Below, piece after piece: positions 63,768 to 64,000 of a stretch of 64,000 bases of DNA. Source of the stretch: Candidatus Poriferisocius sp. (GTDB lineage Bacteria > Actinomycetota > Acidimicrobiia > Acidimicrobiales > Bin134); assembly GCF_965219775.1 (NCBI RefSeq), contig NZ_OZ244793.1, positions 724,249 to 788,248 on the forward strand, given 5' to 3'. The notes under the pieces were generated by a model that was given only the letters and a program-made list of their open reading frames with translations, ran no database searches and was not told where the DNA came from. Position numbers and translations under genes: made by a program. Positions within the stretch are counted from its first letter, which is position 1; each line of letters opens with the position of its first letter.

Positions 63768-64000
63768 ATGCGAGGTCTGAAGGGAAAGAGGATCGTGCTT
63801 GCCGGCGCGGCCACCGGAGTCGGTGCCGGCGCAGCCGTGCGTCTCGGCGAAGAAGGGGCCGCCGTGGTGATCGGTGACCTCAACCTCGCCGGAGCGGAGG
63901 CGACCGCGGCCGAGATCCGATCGGGAGGGGGCACCGCGGTCGCGTACGAGTTCGACTTGGCCGACGAGGCTTCGGTGGTCGAGCTGGTTCAACATGTTGT
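63768..64000 (+). CDS. SDR family oxidoreductase, 5' partial (runs off the window)
   Basis: ATG at 63768 after GGAAGAGGGGA. Hand translation gives MRGLKGKRIVLAGAATGVGAGAAVRLGEEGAAVVIGD... Not in the track because no stop is reached. Confidence 0.75.
   Translation, partial: MRGLKGKRIVLAGAATGVGAGAAVRLGEEGAAVVIGDLNLAGAEATAAEIRSGGGTAVAYEFDLADEASVVELVQHV

Overview
By eye this is a high-GC, densely packed actinobacterial-type chromosomal segment (the phylum is an inference from composition, leader and lipoprotein styles, and multi-copy DUF222-HNH genes). Most of it is ordinary metabolism and transport. That includes three PF04909-type amidohydrolases, three Zn-alcohol dehydrogenases, several SDRs, a ribose-type sugar ABC system, and an ABC-2 exporter. 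It also includes OYE/FadH-like, FAH, BKACE and MaoC genes, H+-pyrophosphatase, trkA plus two trkH, an M18 aminopeptidase and gltBD. Four regions stand out. (1) At 0.4-2.9 kb an AbiEi-type antitoxin gene is followed not by an AbiEii nucleotidyltransferase but by a YaaC-like gene of visibly lower GC, with a Cys/Ser/Thr-rich 55-codon ORF in the gap. (2) At 4718-5872 two track ORFs are really one GrdB-family gene interrupted by an in-frame TGA at the position of the clostridial GrdB selenocysteine, followed by a hairpin. No other glycine-reductase genes are nearby. (3) At 7.6-8.6 kb lies a canonical-looking AbiEii nucleotidyltransferase pair. (4) At 34.5-43.6 kb a [DUF222-HNH endonuclease + AlkB dioxygenase] unit is tandemly duplicated. 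A roughly 4.4-kb lower-GC insertion sits in the first copy and carries a 1058-aa single-polypeptide nuclease-methyltransferase (Type IIG/IIL-like, with a Type-ISP-like C-terminus) and an IS21 IstB remnant. A further feature is a 520-bp gene-free region (60052-60572) with alternative hairpins, phased iteron-like repeats and DnaA-box-like 9-mers. Short direct duplications of stop-codon-proximal sequence also recur at four gene 3' ends. No rRNA, convincing tRNA or CRISPR array was seen. All family calls come from reading the translations, not from searches.
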